From an uncultured Chloroflexia bacterium (GTDB taxonomy: Bacteria > Chloroflexota > Limnocylindria > Limnocylindrales > CSP1-4): a stretch of DNA of 64,000 nt. Positions within the stretch are counted from its first letter, which is position 1. The number at the start of each line of letters is the position of its first letter. The notes beneath the pieces are model-generated. The model saw only the letters and a program-made list of their open reading frames with translations. It ran no database searches and was not told the origin of the DNA. The position numbers and the translations under genes are program-made. The DNA lies in the NCBI GenBank assembly GCA_963718085.1, contig CAVQYA010000002.1:736127-800126 (forward strand), given 5' to 3'. Shown one piece after another: positions 40,548 to 50,750 of this stretch.

Positions 40548-41776
40548 TGGCGCGCGTCCTCGCCTACACCTCGCCGGCCCGAGGCCACCTCTATCCGCTG
40601 ACGCCGATCCTCGGCGAGCTGCGCCGGCGCGGCCACGAGGTGGCCGTGCGGACCCTCGCCTCGGAAGTGCAGCTGATGCGGGACCAGGGCTTCGACGCCG
40701 AGCCGGTCAGCGAGCGCGTCGAGGCGATCCGGCACGACGACTGGCAGGCGTCGAACCCCCGGTCGGCGCTGGCGCACTCGGTCGCCACGTTCGTCGCCCG
40801 GTCCGAGCACGACGCCCCCGACCTGAGCGAGGCGATCGCCGCTGAGCGCCCCGACGCCGTCGTCGTCGACATCAACAGCTGGGGCGCCCTGGCGGCGGCG
40901 GAGGCGTGGGGCGGCCCGTGGGCGGCCTTCTGTCCCTACCCCCTGGCGATCAGCTCGCGCGATGCGCCGCCGTTCGGGCCGGGCTTCCCGCCGGCGCGGG
41001 GACCGCTCGGGCGGCTGCGCGACCGCGTCGCACGCCCCCTGGTCCTCGGCACCCTCGAGCGGGCGATGGTCCCGAAGAACAACGCCGTGCGGGCGCGCCT
41101 GGGCCTCGCGCCGGTGGCAGACGTCGATGCCATGTTCGGGCGTCCACCGCTGCTCCTCTACCTGACCGCGGAGCCGTTCGAGTATCCGCGGCGCGACTGG
41201 CCGGGCAACGTCGTGATGGTCGGCCCGTGCGAGTGGGAGCCCGCGTCGGAACCGCCCGCCTGGCTCGGCGACATCACGGCGCCGATCGTGCTCGTCACGA
41301 CTTCGTCCGAGTTCCAGGGCGATGGGCGGCTGATCCAGGCCGCGCTCGACGGCCTCGCCGACGAGCCGGTCTTCGTCGTGGCCACGCTCCCGGCCGGTGA
41401 TCCGGGCTCGTTGCGGGTGCCGGCCAACGCGCGCGTCGAGCGCTTCGTCCCCCACGGGCCGATCCTGGACCGGGCCGTCTGTGCGATCACGCACGGCGGG
41501 ATGGGCGCGACGCAGAAGGCCCTCGCCCGGGGCGTGCCGGTGTGCGCGGTGCCGTTCGGAAGGGACCAGCCGGAGGTCGCCCGGCGGGTCGAGATCGCCG
41601 GCGCCGGGACGCGCCTTCCTGCCGGCCGCCTCACCCCGGAGCGGCTCCGGGACAAGGTCCGCGAGGCCATGGGGTGTGCGGAGGGTGCCGGACGCGTCGC
41701 CGCGGCGTTCAGGGCCGCCGGTGGCGCCTCCGCCGCGGCCGACGCGATCGAGCGCCGCCTGATCGAGGGGCGCTGA
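40547..41776 (+). CDS. GT1 UDP-glycosyltransferase (MGT / macrolide-glycosyltransferase-like).
   Basis: C-terminal UDPGT signature region HGPILDRAVCAITHGGMGATQKALARGVPVCAVPFGRDQP. The ATG overlaps the TetR stop. Confidence 0.8.
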   Translation: MARVLAYTSPARGHLYPLTPILGELRRRGHEVAVRTLASEVQLMRDQGFDAEPVSERVEAIRHDDWQASNPRSALAHSVATFVARSEHDAPDLSEAIAAERPDAVVVDINSWGALAAAEAWGGPWAAFCPYPLAISSRDAPPFGPGFPPARGPLGRLRDRVARPLVLGTLERAMVPKNNAVRARLGLAPVADVDAMFGRPPLLLYLTAEPFEYPRRDWPGNVVMVGPCEWEPASEPPAWLGDITAPIVLVTTSSEFQGDGRLIQAALDGLADEPVFVVATLPAGDPGSLRVPANARVERFVPHGPILDRAVCAITHGGMGATQKALARGVPVCAVPFGRDQPEVARRVEIAGAGTRLPAGRLTPERLRDKVREAMGCAEGAGRVAAAFRAAGGASAAADAIERRLIEGR

Positions 41777-42058
41777 CTCCTCCCGCCGCCGGCGAGGCCG
41801 AGGATGACCCCGAGCCGGCCTCTCGAACCCGGGCGACCGAGGCCGGGAACCCGGGCCGCGGCGACCTGCGTCGCCCGGATCGGTCCTTGCCACCGGGCCG
41901 CCCGCACCCGCACGCCCAGGGCTGCATGGCGCGCCTGCCGGGCGTGGTCCCCCCGGGCAGGTTCGCGCACGTGCCGGCATCCGCCGACAGCGACGGTTCG
42001 CAAACGTGATACTCACGCTGCGCATGGGGTGACGCATCCGATCCCGTGAGGTTCGCTC

Positions 42059-43862
42059 GTGACCGGCTATGCCTATACGCCCTGGATCTGGCCCCTGCTC
42101 GCGTCGGCCGCGTTCCAGGTCGCGCTGGCCGGATATCTCTGGCGACGCCGCCGGACGCCGGGGGCACTCGCGCTCGCGGTGGTCATCGGCCTGTTCTCGC
42201 TCTGGTGCCTGGCGAGCGCCGGGGAGCTGGCGGCAACGGCGGTTTCCACCAAGGAGTCCTGGTTCCGCTTCCGGGACGCGCTGCTCGTGCCGGGCATGAC
42301 GGCGGCGCTCTGGTTTGCGCTGGAATACGCGGGCCTCGAGCGCTGGCTCAGGCGTCCGATCGTGGCGGTGCTCGTGGCGGTGGTTGTCGCCGTGGTGCCG
42401 CTGTTCATGGTCGGCGACGGCCATCTCCTGTGGACGAACCTCTGGTGGGACAACGGCATGCGGGGCGAGCTGAGCCCGCTGGGCGCCGTGGTCAGCGTCT
42501 ACGGCTACGCCCTCGCGCTGGTGGGCACGGGCGTCCTGGTGCTGCTCTTCGTCCGATCAACGCCCCACCGGGCCCCGGTCGCGCTCATCGTCCTTGGCCA
42601 GCTCGGGGTCCGCGTCATCTACCCGCTCGGCGTGCTGAACATCGGCGGGGTGCCGAAGGTCGAGTCGATGGCCGCAGCGGTCGACTTCGCCTCGCTGATG
42701 TACGTCGTGGCGCTGTTCCGCCTGCGGCTGTTCGACCTTCTGCCGGTCGCTCGCGAGATGATCCTGCAGCGGATGCCCGACGGGATCCTCGTGCTGGACG
42801 CGCAGGGCCGGGTCGCGGACATGAACGACGCCGCGCGGCGCGTGCTGGGGACGGCGGCGGGAAACGGCGGCCGGATCCCGCGAAGCGGCGTCCTGGAGTC
42901 CCATCCCGCACTCGCGTCGGTCGTATCCCGCGACCCGGGGAGCCCCACGACGGAGGTGGTGCTCGAGAGTCCGCATGGCAATCGGACGGTCGAGGTCAGC
43001 GGGGTGGAATTGAGTGACTGGCAGGGTCGCCGGATGGGCCGGCTCGCGATGCTCCATGACCTCACCGAGCTCCGGGCGGCCCAGGATCGGCTGGTCGAGC
43101 AGGAGCGGGCGCTGTCCGCCGCCCACGAGCGCGAATCGCTCGCCCGCGATCTCCACGACTCGCTTGGCCAGGTGCTCGGCTACGTGGGGCTGCAGGCGGC
43201 CACGATCCGGAAGCTCCTCGCGGATGGGGGCCAGGCCGACGGGAGCCGGGCCGATGTCGACGGACGGCTCGACCGGCTGGCGGTGGTCGCGTCGGACGCC
43301 CAGGCAGACGTCCGCCGGACCATCGCGCAGCTCTCGCGACCATCGGCGGCCGGCGGCGACTTCCTGGCCACGCTCCAGGGTCGGCTGGATTCGTTGCGCC
43401 GGGCCTACGGCATCGATACATCGCTCGCCGTGACGCCGTCCGGGGCCGGCGAGTGCGTCCCACCCGAGACTGCCCAGGACCTGCTGCGGATCGTGGACGA
43501 GGCGCTCACGAACGCGATCCGCCACGGTGAGGCCAGCGCGGCGCGCGTGTCGATCGAGCGCAGCCGTTCCTCGCTCTGCTTGTCGGTGGAGGACGATGGG
43601 CGGGGGTTCGAGCCGGCCGCAGACGGCGGACAGGCGGCAAGCGGCGGCGACGGCCACTACGGGCTGCGGTTCATGCGCGAGCGCGCGGCCGAGCTGGGTG
43701 CCGCGCTCGAGATCGAATTCGGCGCCGGGACGCGGGACGCGCGTGACGGTTCGCCTCCCGGTGGCCGCGGCGGAGACCGGCGATGGGGCGGCCGGTGGCG
43801 CGCCGCCGGCCAGCGATGCGCCCGGGCGGCTCGCCGTCGGCGAACGGGCTGGGGCGCGATGA
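42059..43862 (+). CDS. Sensor histidine kinase with an N-terminal 7TM sensor domain, PAS, HisKA_3 and HATPase. One frameshift lies near 43717.
   Basis: Six or seven N-terminal TM helices. The HisKA_3 box is LARDLHDSLGQVLGYV. The HATPase reads ALTNAIRHGEASAARVS...DDGRGF. The expected C-terminus APGRGTRVTVRLPVAA lies in the next frame and ends at TGA 43860-43862. Confidence 0.7.
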
Positions 43863-44566
43863 GGATCCTGCTCGCCGACGACAACCGTCTCTTCGTCGAG
43901 GGCCTCACGGACCTGCTCGAGGCGTACGGGCACGAGATCGTGGCGACCGCGTCGGACGGCCTCGAGGCGATCGCCCGCGCACGGGTCCACCGGCCCGACG
44001 TCGTGCTGATGGACATCCAGATGCCACGCTGCGACGGCCTGGGGGCCGCGCGTGCCATCGCGGTGGAGCGCCCGGGGACCCGCGTCGTGATGCTCACCAC
44101 CTCCGATGCGGACGAGCACCTCTACGAGGCGATCGCGGGCGGCGCCTTCGGCTACCTCCTGAAGTCGATGCGCGGCGAGGAGCTCGTCGAGGCGCTGGGG
44201 CAGGTCGCCGAGGGCGTGCCCCCCTTCTCGCCCGGGCTGGCCGCTCTGCTTCTCTCCGAGTTCGCACGACGGTCGGCGAGGCGCGCGGAGGTGCGCCCGG
44301 AAACGGGCCCCGAACCCGCGGCGCGCCGCGGACCGCCGACGTCCGCGGACGAGGACGCGAGCGACCCGTTCACGCCCCGCGAGCTGGAGGTCCTGCGCTC
44401 GGTGGCGGCCGGCCGCACGTATCGCGAGACGGCGACGCTCCTCGACGTGAGCGAGCGCACCGTGCGCTACCACATGAGCGAGATGCTGGCGCGGATGCAC
44501 CTCGAGCACCGGAGCCAGGTGATCGCGTACGCGGCGGAGCACCGCCTGCTCGACCAGCCCGGCTGA
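43859..44566 (+). CDS. NarL/LuxR-family response regulator.
   Basis: Receiver domain (ILLADDN, VLMDIQMP) plus a LuxR HTH (TPRELEVLRSVAAGRTYRETATLLDVSERTVRYHM). The ATGA overlaps the kinase stop. Confidence 0.85.
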   Translation: MRILLADDNRLFVEGLTDLLEAYGHEIVATASDGLEAIARARVHRPDVVLMDIQMPRCDGLGAARAIAVERPGTRVVMLTTSDADEHLYEAIAGGAFGYLLKSMRGEELVEALGQVAEGVPPFSPGLAALLLSEFARRSARRAEVRPETGPEPAARRGPPTSADEDASDPFTPRELEVLRSVAAGRTYRETATLLDVSERTVRYHMSEMLARMHLEHRSQVIAYAAEHRLLDQPG

Positions 44567-44720
44567 CCCATGGCCCCTGTCGCAAGCGACAGGGGCGCCG
44601 GGATCTCGGTCCGAATCCTGCCGCATCCGACAGTTCCTTCCCGCCTGCCCGGTCCCTAAGGTCGGGTGCAGTCGAACGGCCTCGCTGAGCGCGGCCCCCT
44701 GAAGGTGGAGGAAGGATCCG

Positions 44721-46868
44721 ATGCGAACCCTGCACATTCGACCCGGACGAGTGCGGGCCCTGTCGCGGGCCGCCGCCCTGGTCATCTCGGCGGCGCTCGT
44801 GGCGCCCGCCCAGGCGATCGTCTTCGCGCCGCCGGCGTTCGCGGCGGTCTCGTCCGACTCGAACGTGACGGTGATCGAGCCGTCCAACAAGACGGCGACC
44901 ACGCTCGAGCTCACCGCCTCGCCCGCTCCGTCTGAGATTGGAGCCCAGACCACCTACACCGCCAACCTGACGCCGCTCTCGCTGGACATCTCGGCGGTCC
45001 AGGAAGGGACGATCACGTTCGAGGAGGACGGGGTCGCGATCGCCGGTTGCGAGACGCTCAAGCCGGCCTTCGTCCAGATCCTGGGTCCCGTGGTCACGTC
45101 GATCTTCCAGACGTGCACCGTCACGTATGCCGCGACCGGCAGCCACATGGTCACGGCGACCTATTCCGGCACCGACACGATCGAGGGGAGCTCGGACACC
45201 ATCACCCTCGAGGTCGCGGGGGCTTCCACGGAGACCTTCGTCGAAGACCTGTCCGGCGGCGTCTCCTACCCCGGCGAGGAAGTCGGGTTCGGGGTGAGGA
45301 TCTCGCCCACGCCATCGTCCGTGAACCCCGGCAGCGTCTCGTTCAGCGACGACGGGGAGCCCATCGCCGGCTGCCAGGGCCTCGAGATCTGGTTCGCCTC
45401 CAGCGACGAGACCGGTGAGAAGACGGCACACGCCCTCTGCGGGGTGATCTTCGACACCGACGACCAGGGCATCGTGCACTCGATCACGGCAACCTTCTCG
45501 GGCGACGACTCCTTCGCGTCCAGCACCTCGGACGCCGCGCACCACGACGTCCAGGCCCCGCCGCAGGACCCGACCCAGACCACGCTGACCCAGTCGTCGG
45601 AGACCTCCTACCTGGGGGCCGAGGTGACCTTCACCGCGAGCGTCACGCCGACGACCGCCACCGGGACCGTCGCCTTCATGCATGACGGCTCGCCGTTCGG
45701 AGCCTGCGAACAGGTCCCGCTCACGCTCGTCACCGAGATCGGCAGCGACACGGCGTCCAACATCGCCGTCTGCACGGTGAGCCTCTACTTCATGGGGAGC
45801 CAGGAGATCACCGCTGGGTACGCGGGCGACTCGGCGTTCGAGGGCAGCCTGTCGGACGCGGTCACTCACTCGGTCGTCCTCGTCCCGACGCAGACCACGA
45901 TCAGCCAGTCGAGCGACAGCTCGCTCGCCGGCGACCAGGTCGACTTCACCGCGGTCGTCACCCCGGTTGCGGCCGGCCCGGCGGAGGACGGCACGGTCGA
46001 GTTCACCGACGACGGCGCCACGATCGCCGGATGCGGGAACGCGGCGGTGACCCCGGTCGTCGAGATCGGCAGCGACATCACCAGGTATGTCGCGACCTGC
46101 AGCATCACCTACGAAGAGGCGGACGCCGGCGACCACGCGGTCGCGGCGGCCTACTCCGGCACGGGCATGTTCGCGGCCAGCGACGCATCGGCGTCGCCCG
46201 TCAGCCACCACGTCGACACGGCGGTCATCACCATCCCGACCGAGGTCAACCTCGGCACCTCCAGGACGACCGTCCTCGTGAACGGATCCGTCACGTGGAC
46301 GGCCAGGGTGACCCCGAACCCGGGCGCCGGCACGGTCGCGTTCTACCTCGATGACGTCCCGGTCGCCGGCTGCACCGCCCGGTCCCTCAACTCGCGCGGC
46401 GTCGCCACCTGCACGACGACGGCCGCGACGCTCGGCGCGCACGCCGTCACGGCCTCCTTCACCCCTGCCGCAGGGAGCACCTTCGGCGCCAGCACCTCGT
46501 CGGCGATCCCCCAGAACGTGACCTACGGCGTCGCCGTGCTGACCCAGAACAGGACGGTGACCGCCGGCCGGAGCATCACCTTCGAGGTCCAGCTCGTCGA
46601 CGCGAGAGGGCGCAACCTGTCCTCGGCCGCGTCTCCGCTCACCGTCACCGGGGTGAGCCCGGCCTGGACGCCGCGGCCGGGCGGCAGCTTCAGGTTCATC
46701 GCGACCAAGGGAAGGACTCCAGCCCACTACGAGTACACCCTCAACGTCCCGTCCGCCGCGGCCAGATGTGCCCCCACCCACTACCACCTGGTGTTCACGG
46801 CACTCGGCGATCCGTTCGGTCACACCGAGGTCGCCTTCACCGTCAATCCAGCCGGCAAGGGCCGCTGA
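44721..46868 (+). CDS. Large secreted protein made of about 6-7 tandem Ig-like (Big-like) domains.
   Basis: SD ggaggaagga before the ATG. Signal peptide ending APAQA. The module ...DG.PIAGC....P.......T....C.V.Y.AT/AG.....A.YSG.....S.S recurs with a conserved Cys pair in each repeat. Confidence 0.75.
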   Translation: MRTLHIRPGRVRALSRAAALVISAALVAPAQAIVFAPPAFAAVSSDSNVTVIEPSNKTATTLELTASPAPSEIGAQTTYTANLTPLSLDISAVQEGTITFEEDGVAIAGCETLKPAFVQILGPVVTSIFQTCTVTYAATGSHMVTATYSGTDTIEGSSDTITLEVAGASTETFVEDLSGGVSYPGEEVGFGVRISPTPSSVNPGSVSFSDDGEPIAGCQGLEIWFASSDETGEKTAHALCGVIFDTDDQGIVHSITATFSGDDSFASSTSDAAHHDVQAPPQDPTQTTLTQSSETSYLGAEVTFTASVTPTTATGTVAFMHDGSPFGACEQVPLTLVTEIGSDTASNIAVCTVSLYFMGSQEITAGYAGDSAFEGSLSDAVTHSVVLVPTQTTISQSSDSSLAGDQVDFTAVVTPVAAGPAEDGTVEFTDDGATIAGCGNAAVTPVVEIGSDITRYVATCSITYEEADAGDHAVAAAYSGTGMFAASDASASPVSHHVDTAVITIPTEVNLGTSRTTVLVNGSVTWTARVTPNPGAGTVAFYLDDVPVAGCTARSLNSRGVATCTTTAATLGAHAVTASFTPAAGSTFGASTSSAIPQNVTYGVAVLTQNRTVTAGRSITFEVQLVDARGRNLSSAASPLTVTGVSPAWTPRPGGSFRFIATKGRTPAHYEYTLNVPSAAARCAPTHYHLVFTALGDPFGHTEVAFTVNPAGKGR

Positions 46869-46887
46869 TGACCGGCGCCTGAGCAGG

Positions 46888-46920
46888 GACCAGGGGAGCG
46901 GCGTGACCGCTCCCCTGGTC
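46888..46920 (+). terminator. Strong hairpin terminator.
   Basis: gaccaggggagcgg / ccgctcccctggtc 14-bp perfect stem with loop cgtga. Confidence 0.55.
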
Positions 46921-46956
46921 ATCGTCCGGACCCCTCGCTGAAGTCGGGAGAGGGCG

Positions 46957-47310
46957 ATGAGCCAGCCACTCACCGTCGCGCTGTACGGGCGCTCGCTCAT
47001 GCTCGACGGGCTCGGGCACCGGCTGTCGAGCCGCCCACGCCTGCGGGTCGTGCCCGTCGAGGGCGAGACGCTCGCGGAAGCGCTCGGCGCGTTCGACCCC
47101 GACGCGCTGTTCTTCGACCTCGGGTCGGTGAAGACGGAGTCGGCGCTCGCGCTGCTGCTCGACCGGCCGCGGCTGCTGCTCGTGGGGCTCGAGGCGAGCG
47201 GAGCCCGGGTGCTCGTGCTTGCCGGAGACCACGCCCGATCGCTGGGCACGGACGATCTCGTGGGCCTGATCGACCCGCCTGCGGTCGACGCGGGCGTCGG
47301 CGACCGGTAA
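46957..47310 (+). CDS. Hypothetical protein, possibly a degenerate receiver-like fold.
   Basis: SD gggagaggg before the ATG. 117 aa. No confident family. Confidence 0.35.
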   Translation: MSQPLTVALYGRSLMLDGLGHRLSSRPRLRVVPVEGETLAEALGAFDPDALFFDLGSVKTESALALLLDRPRLLLVGLEASGARVLVLAGDHARSLGTDDLVGLIDPPAVDAGVGDR

Positions 47311-47504
47311 GCCGCGGAGCACACAGGAGCCTGTCATGCCCCGGGTCGTCGGTTTCAACAACGTCTCCAGTTTCGCGGCTCGTGGCGGAGCCGCACGAGA
47401 TCCCGCTCCAGGCGGTGCTGACCGAGGACGTTCCGGCGCGGCCTCACGGGCGTGTGGTTACAATCCCGCCACCCGTCGACAGGTGCGCCAGGAGTCCTCT
47501 AATC

Positions 47505-48209
47505 GTGAGCGTGGTCAGCGTCCCCAAGAACCAGCTGATGCTCATCGCCGGCCTCGTGTGGTGCGCGGCGGGCGCGATGGTGTCCATGATCGGGCTGCCG
47601 CTGGAGCTCGGGCTGGCGCCCGAGCACCTGGTCCTCGTCCCGCTCGCGGGGGTGATCTTCCTCGCGTTCTACTTCTTCGTCTTCTCCCGGCTCGTCCGGA
47701 AGCACACCGGCCGGATCCGCGCGCGGGCAGAGGACCGGCTCCCCTTCTGGCACTTCTTCAACGCCTCGTCGTGGGCAGTCATGGCGGTGATGATGGGCGG
47801 GGGCATGGCCCTCCGGTTCTCGCATCTCATGCCGGACTGGATGATCGCCTTCTTCTACAGCGGGCTCGGCCTGGCGCTCTTCCTCTGCGGCGTTCGCTTC
47901 CTGGGCGTCTTCGCGCGCAAGGAAGTGCTGGCCCCCGCATCCGAGCACGCCGCTCCGACACCTGACGGCGCGCGCGGGGGGGCGGCGGACTCCCGGCGGC
48001 ACGCGCGGCGGCACGCGCGGCGGCGAGCGTCTCGTCGGCGAGCGTCTCGTCGGCGACGGCGGCCGGCCGACGCCCACCCGGATTCCTGCTCAGGTCCGGG
48101 CCGCGAGCTTCGGGCTCAGTCCTCCGCAGGCGCTGCGGCAGCGACCCCGGCTGCTCCCAGCGGCCCATGCTCCCAGCGGCCGATGCTAGCGATGATCCCC
48201 GGCAGGTAG
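47505..48209 (+). CDS. Small membrane protein (hypothetical). Its C-terminal tail is doubtful.
   Basis: GTG at 47505, 4 TM helices up to about 47930. The remaining tail is Arg-rich, contains a tandem repeat at 47990-48065, and overlaps the convergent CaCA gene. Confidence 0.4.
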   Translation: MSVVSVPKNQLMLIAGLVWCAAGAMVSMIGLPLELGLAPEHLVLVPLAGVIFLAFYFFVFSRLVRKHTGRIRARAEDRLPFWHFFNASSWAVMAVMMGGGMALRFSHLMPDWMIAFFYSGLGLALFLCGVRFLGVFARKEVLAPASEHAAPTPDGARGGAADSRRHARRHARRRASRRRASRRRRRPADAHPDSCSGPGRELRAQSSAGAAAATPAAPSGPCSQRPMLAMIPGR

Positions 48210-49393
48210 CCCCGCTTCCTCACGAGGAGGGCGAGTGCGACTGCCACGTAGATCGCGGAGAAGACGAGCCGGACGTCCGTCGTCGGGAAGGGAAACTGGA
48301 GCACGAACAACCCGAAGATCGCGCCGGCCTCCCACAGCCCGAAGCGCCGGTCGGCGAGGACGGCGAAGGCGAGGAGAGCCTGCGCGCTCGTGAGGAGGAA
48401 CTCCTCGGTCTGGCGATCGTCGAGCGGCAGGGGTGCGCCGCCCCCGCCACCGAGGGCGTAGGCGACCCACAGGCTGCCGACCAGCAGGGTCCACTGGTTG
48501 ACCTTGGCCGAGAGGAGCATCCCGAGGCCGTCGGCGGCGTGGAGCCGCCAGGCGAAGATCGTCGCGACGATCAGCTCGGGGGCCTCCGACGAGAGTGGCG
48601 CCAGCCATTGGACCAGCAGGAACTGGTCGATGCCGAGAGTCTCGCCCGTCTGCACGAGGCCATCGGCGAAGGGCTTCGCGGCCATGACCACGATCGCTGC
48701 CGCGGCGACGAAGAGCCCGGTGACGAGGACCCGCCGTTGACGCTGCGGGAGGAGGGCGATGTCGGCCGCGACCCCGATCAGCTCGGGCTCGCCGCGTCCC
48801 TCGCGGGTGACCCGCCAGAGATAGGCCCCGAACAGCGCCAGCAGGACCACGGCGTCATACCAGGCGATCGAGCGGGTCAGCGGGATGAGGAACGCGTAGG
48901 CGCTGGCGACGGCGAGGAAGGCCAGCTCGACGCGGTTTCGGGGCGGCAGGACGATCGCGAGCCTCCGATCGTCCGACGCGGCGGGGCCCGTTTGCGGCCG
49001 CTCCTGGTCCCGCCGTCGCGCCCGCCGCATCGCCCAGAACCCGACGAAGGCGACAAGTGGCCAGCCGATGCCGATGAGGAGCCGGTTCGATCCGGTCATG
49101 TTCGCGGCGGCGAACTGGGTGTAGGCAGGGTCGCTGCCGGCCGTGAACGAGAAGTAGAGGTCGACCGCGTACTCGGGCAGGACGGCGATCAGGGCGAGGA
49201 TGGCGATGGCGAGGCTGCCCGCAATGTCCACCTGGGCCGCCTCCGCGGCCCAGGACAGGACGACGGCCGACGCGACGACGCCCGCGCCGTAGACCAGGAC
49301 GGTGATGCCGGGGGGCAGCTCGAGCCCTGCCAGCCGCGCCAGGATCGCGGGGAGGGCGAACACCGCGGTGAGCCCGAGCCTGCGCCACATCAT
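48116..49393 (-). CDS. CaCA-family cation antiporter (sodium/calcium exchanger membrane region, YrbG-like).
   Basis: Two Na_Ca_ex-like repeats (GETLGIDQFLLVQWLAPLSSEAPE, and an N-terminal GITVLVYGAG....SWAAEAA). SD ggaggtg before the ATGATG at 49393. Confidence 0.75.
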   Translation of the reverse strand: MMWRRLGLTAVFALPAILARLAGLELPPGITVLVYGAGVVASAVVLSWAAEAAQVDIAGSLAIAILALIAVLPEYAVDLYFSFTAGSDPAYTQFAAANMTGSNRLLIGIGWPLVAFVGFWAMRRARRRDQERPQTGPAASDDRRLAIVLPPRNRVELAFLAVASAYAFLIPLTRSIAWYDAVVLLALFGAYLWRVTREGRGEPELIGVAADIALLPQRQRRVLVTGLFVAAAAIVVMAAKPFADGLVQTGETLGIDQFLLVQWLAPLSSEAPELIVATIFAWRLHAADGLGMLLSAKVNQWTLLVGSLWVAYALGGGGGAPLPLDDRQTEEFLLTSAQALLAFAVLADRRFGLWEAGAIFGLFVLQFPFPTTDVRLVFSAIYVAVALALLVRKRGYLPGIIASIGRWEHGPLGAAGVAAAAPAED

Positions 49394-49743
49394 CGCCACC
49401 TCCACTCTCTCGAGGTGTCGCCCCTGGGCGCGGCGAAACCTCGACCAGGAGGACCTGGTCGAAGGTCTCATCCGCCTCGAGTCGAGGTGGGGGACCGGGC
49501 CGAAGCCGGTGTGTCGATCTCCCCTGGCCGCCGGGATGGCGGCCGGACTACTCCCCTTCGCGCGGTAGTCTACCTGCCCGGGGCAGCGACCGGCGTCGCG
49601 CCGTTCGGGTGGAAACGGTCGGCCCCGCCGCGTGCAACGGCTCGCTATGCTCGCCGCGGCGGTCATTGATTGGCTCCGCCGGCCGGTGGCCAGGTGCTTC
49701 TCCCGCACGCCGCGTCAGCCGCCTCACTGGAGGAGATGAGCGC

Positions 49744-50160
49744 ATGAAAGAGTCGGGCGCGAGCCAAAGCCAGTCGGCATCGGAGCTCATCTCGAAGAGA
49801 TTCGCCGAACTCGGGGACTGGCGCGGGGCAACCCTCGGCAGGATGCGCAAGCTCATCAGGGAAGCAGACCCGGACGTCGTCGAGGAGATCAAGTGGGTCA
49901 AGGCCTCCAACCCGGGCACCCCGGTCTGGTCGCACGACGGCATCATCTGCACCGGCGAGTCCTACAGGAGCGTCGTGAAGCTGACCTTCGCCAGGGGCGC
50001 GTCCCTGGAGGATCCGGCCCGCCTCTTCAACTCGAGTCTCGACGGAAACGCACGCCGCGCGATCGACATCCGCGAAGGTGAAGAGGTCGACGAGTCCGCC
50101 TTCAAGGCGCTCGTTCGCCAGGCGGTCGCCCTCAACAGCGCCCGCAAACCCGCGTCCTGA
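49744..50160 (+). CDS. DUF1801 (YdhG-like) domain protein.
   Basis: SD ggaggag before the ATG. Reads [18 protein letters not shown]...[15 protein letters not shown]. Confidence 0.7.
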   Translation: MKESGASQSQSASELISKRFAELGDWRGATLGRMRKLIREADPDVVEEIKWVKASNPGTPVWSHDGIICTGESYRSVVKLTFARGASLEDPARLFNSSLDGNARRAIDIREGEEVDESAFKALVRQAVALNSARKPAS

Positions 50161-50211
50161 GTCGCCGGCAACCGGCGGCCGCGATGCCGAGAAGAGAGAC
50201 GGAGCAGGAAC

Positions 50212-50649
50212 ATGCCACTCACCGGACAGTACGAGCCGAGCGCGTCCGCGCGGGCGCGCGCGCAGGTCGAGCTGTACGAGGCGACGAACGGCGAGCAGGG
50301 TGGTGACAACCGCGGCAGGCCCGTGATCATCCTCACGTCGGTCGGCGCGAAGTCCGGCAAGCTCCGCAAGACCCCCCTGATGCGCGTCGAGCACGAGGGC
50401 GTCTACGCGGTGGTCGCGTCACTCGGCGGGGCCCCGAAGAATCCCGTCTGGTACCACAACCTCAGAAAGAACCCGCACGTCGAACTGCAGGACGGCGCGA
50501 CCAGGCGCGACTACACGGCGCGCGAGGTGACGGGCGAGGAGAAGGCCGCCTGGTGGGAGCGCGCGATCGAGACGTGGCCCGACTACGCGAGCTACCAGGC
50601 GAAGACGGACCGGCAGATCCCGGTGTTCGTGCTCGAACCGCTGGAGTAG
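50212..50649 (+). CDS. Deazaflavin (F420H2)-dependent nitroreductase-family protein (DUF385/Ddn-like).
   Basis: [58 protein letters not shown]. Confidence 0.75.
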   Translation: MPLTGQYEPSASARARAQVELYEATNGEQGGDNRGRPVIILTSVGAKSGKLRKTPLMRVEHEGVYAVVASLGGAPKNPVWYHNLRKNPHVELQDGATRRDYTAREVTGEEKAAWWERAIETWPDYASYQAKTDRQIPVFVLEPLE

Positions 50650-50750
50650 TCGGGCGCTCCGGTTCGTCGCCTCGGCCCCCTGGCCACCAGCACGGACTTC
50701 GCATCGCCGGCGCGGGCGGGCCCCCCGAGCGGGGTCCGCCGGGAGCGGGC

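Noticed and set aside
41777-42058. A promoter upstream of the 7TM kinase (gatact -10-like hexamer within cgtgatactcacg).
   Set aside because: No properly spaced -35 element. High-GC actinobacterial promoters are not reliably callable by eye.
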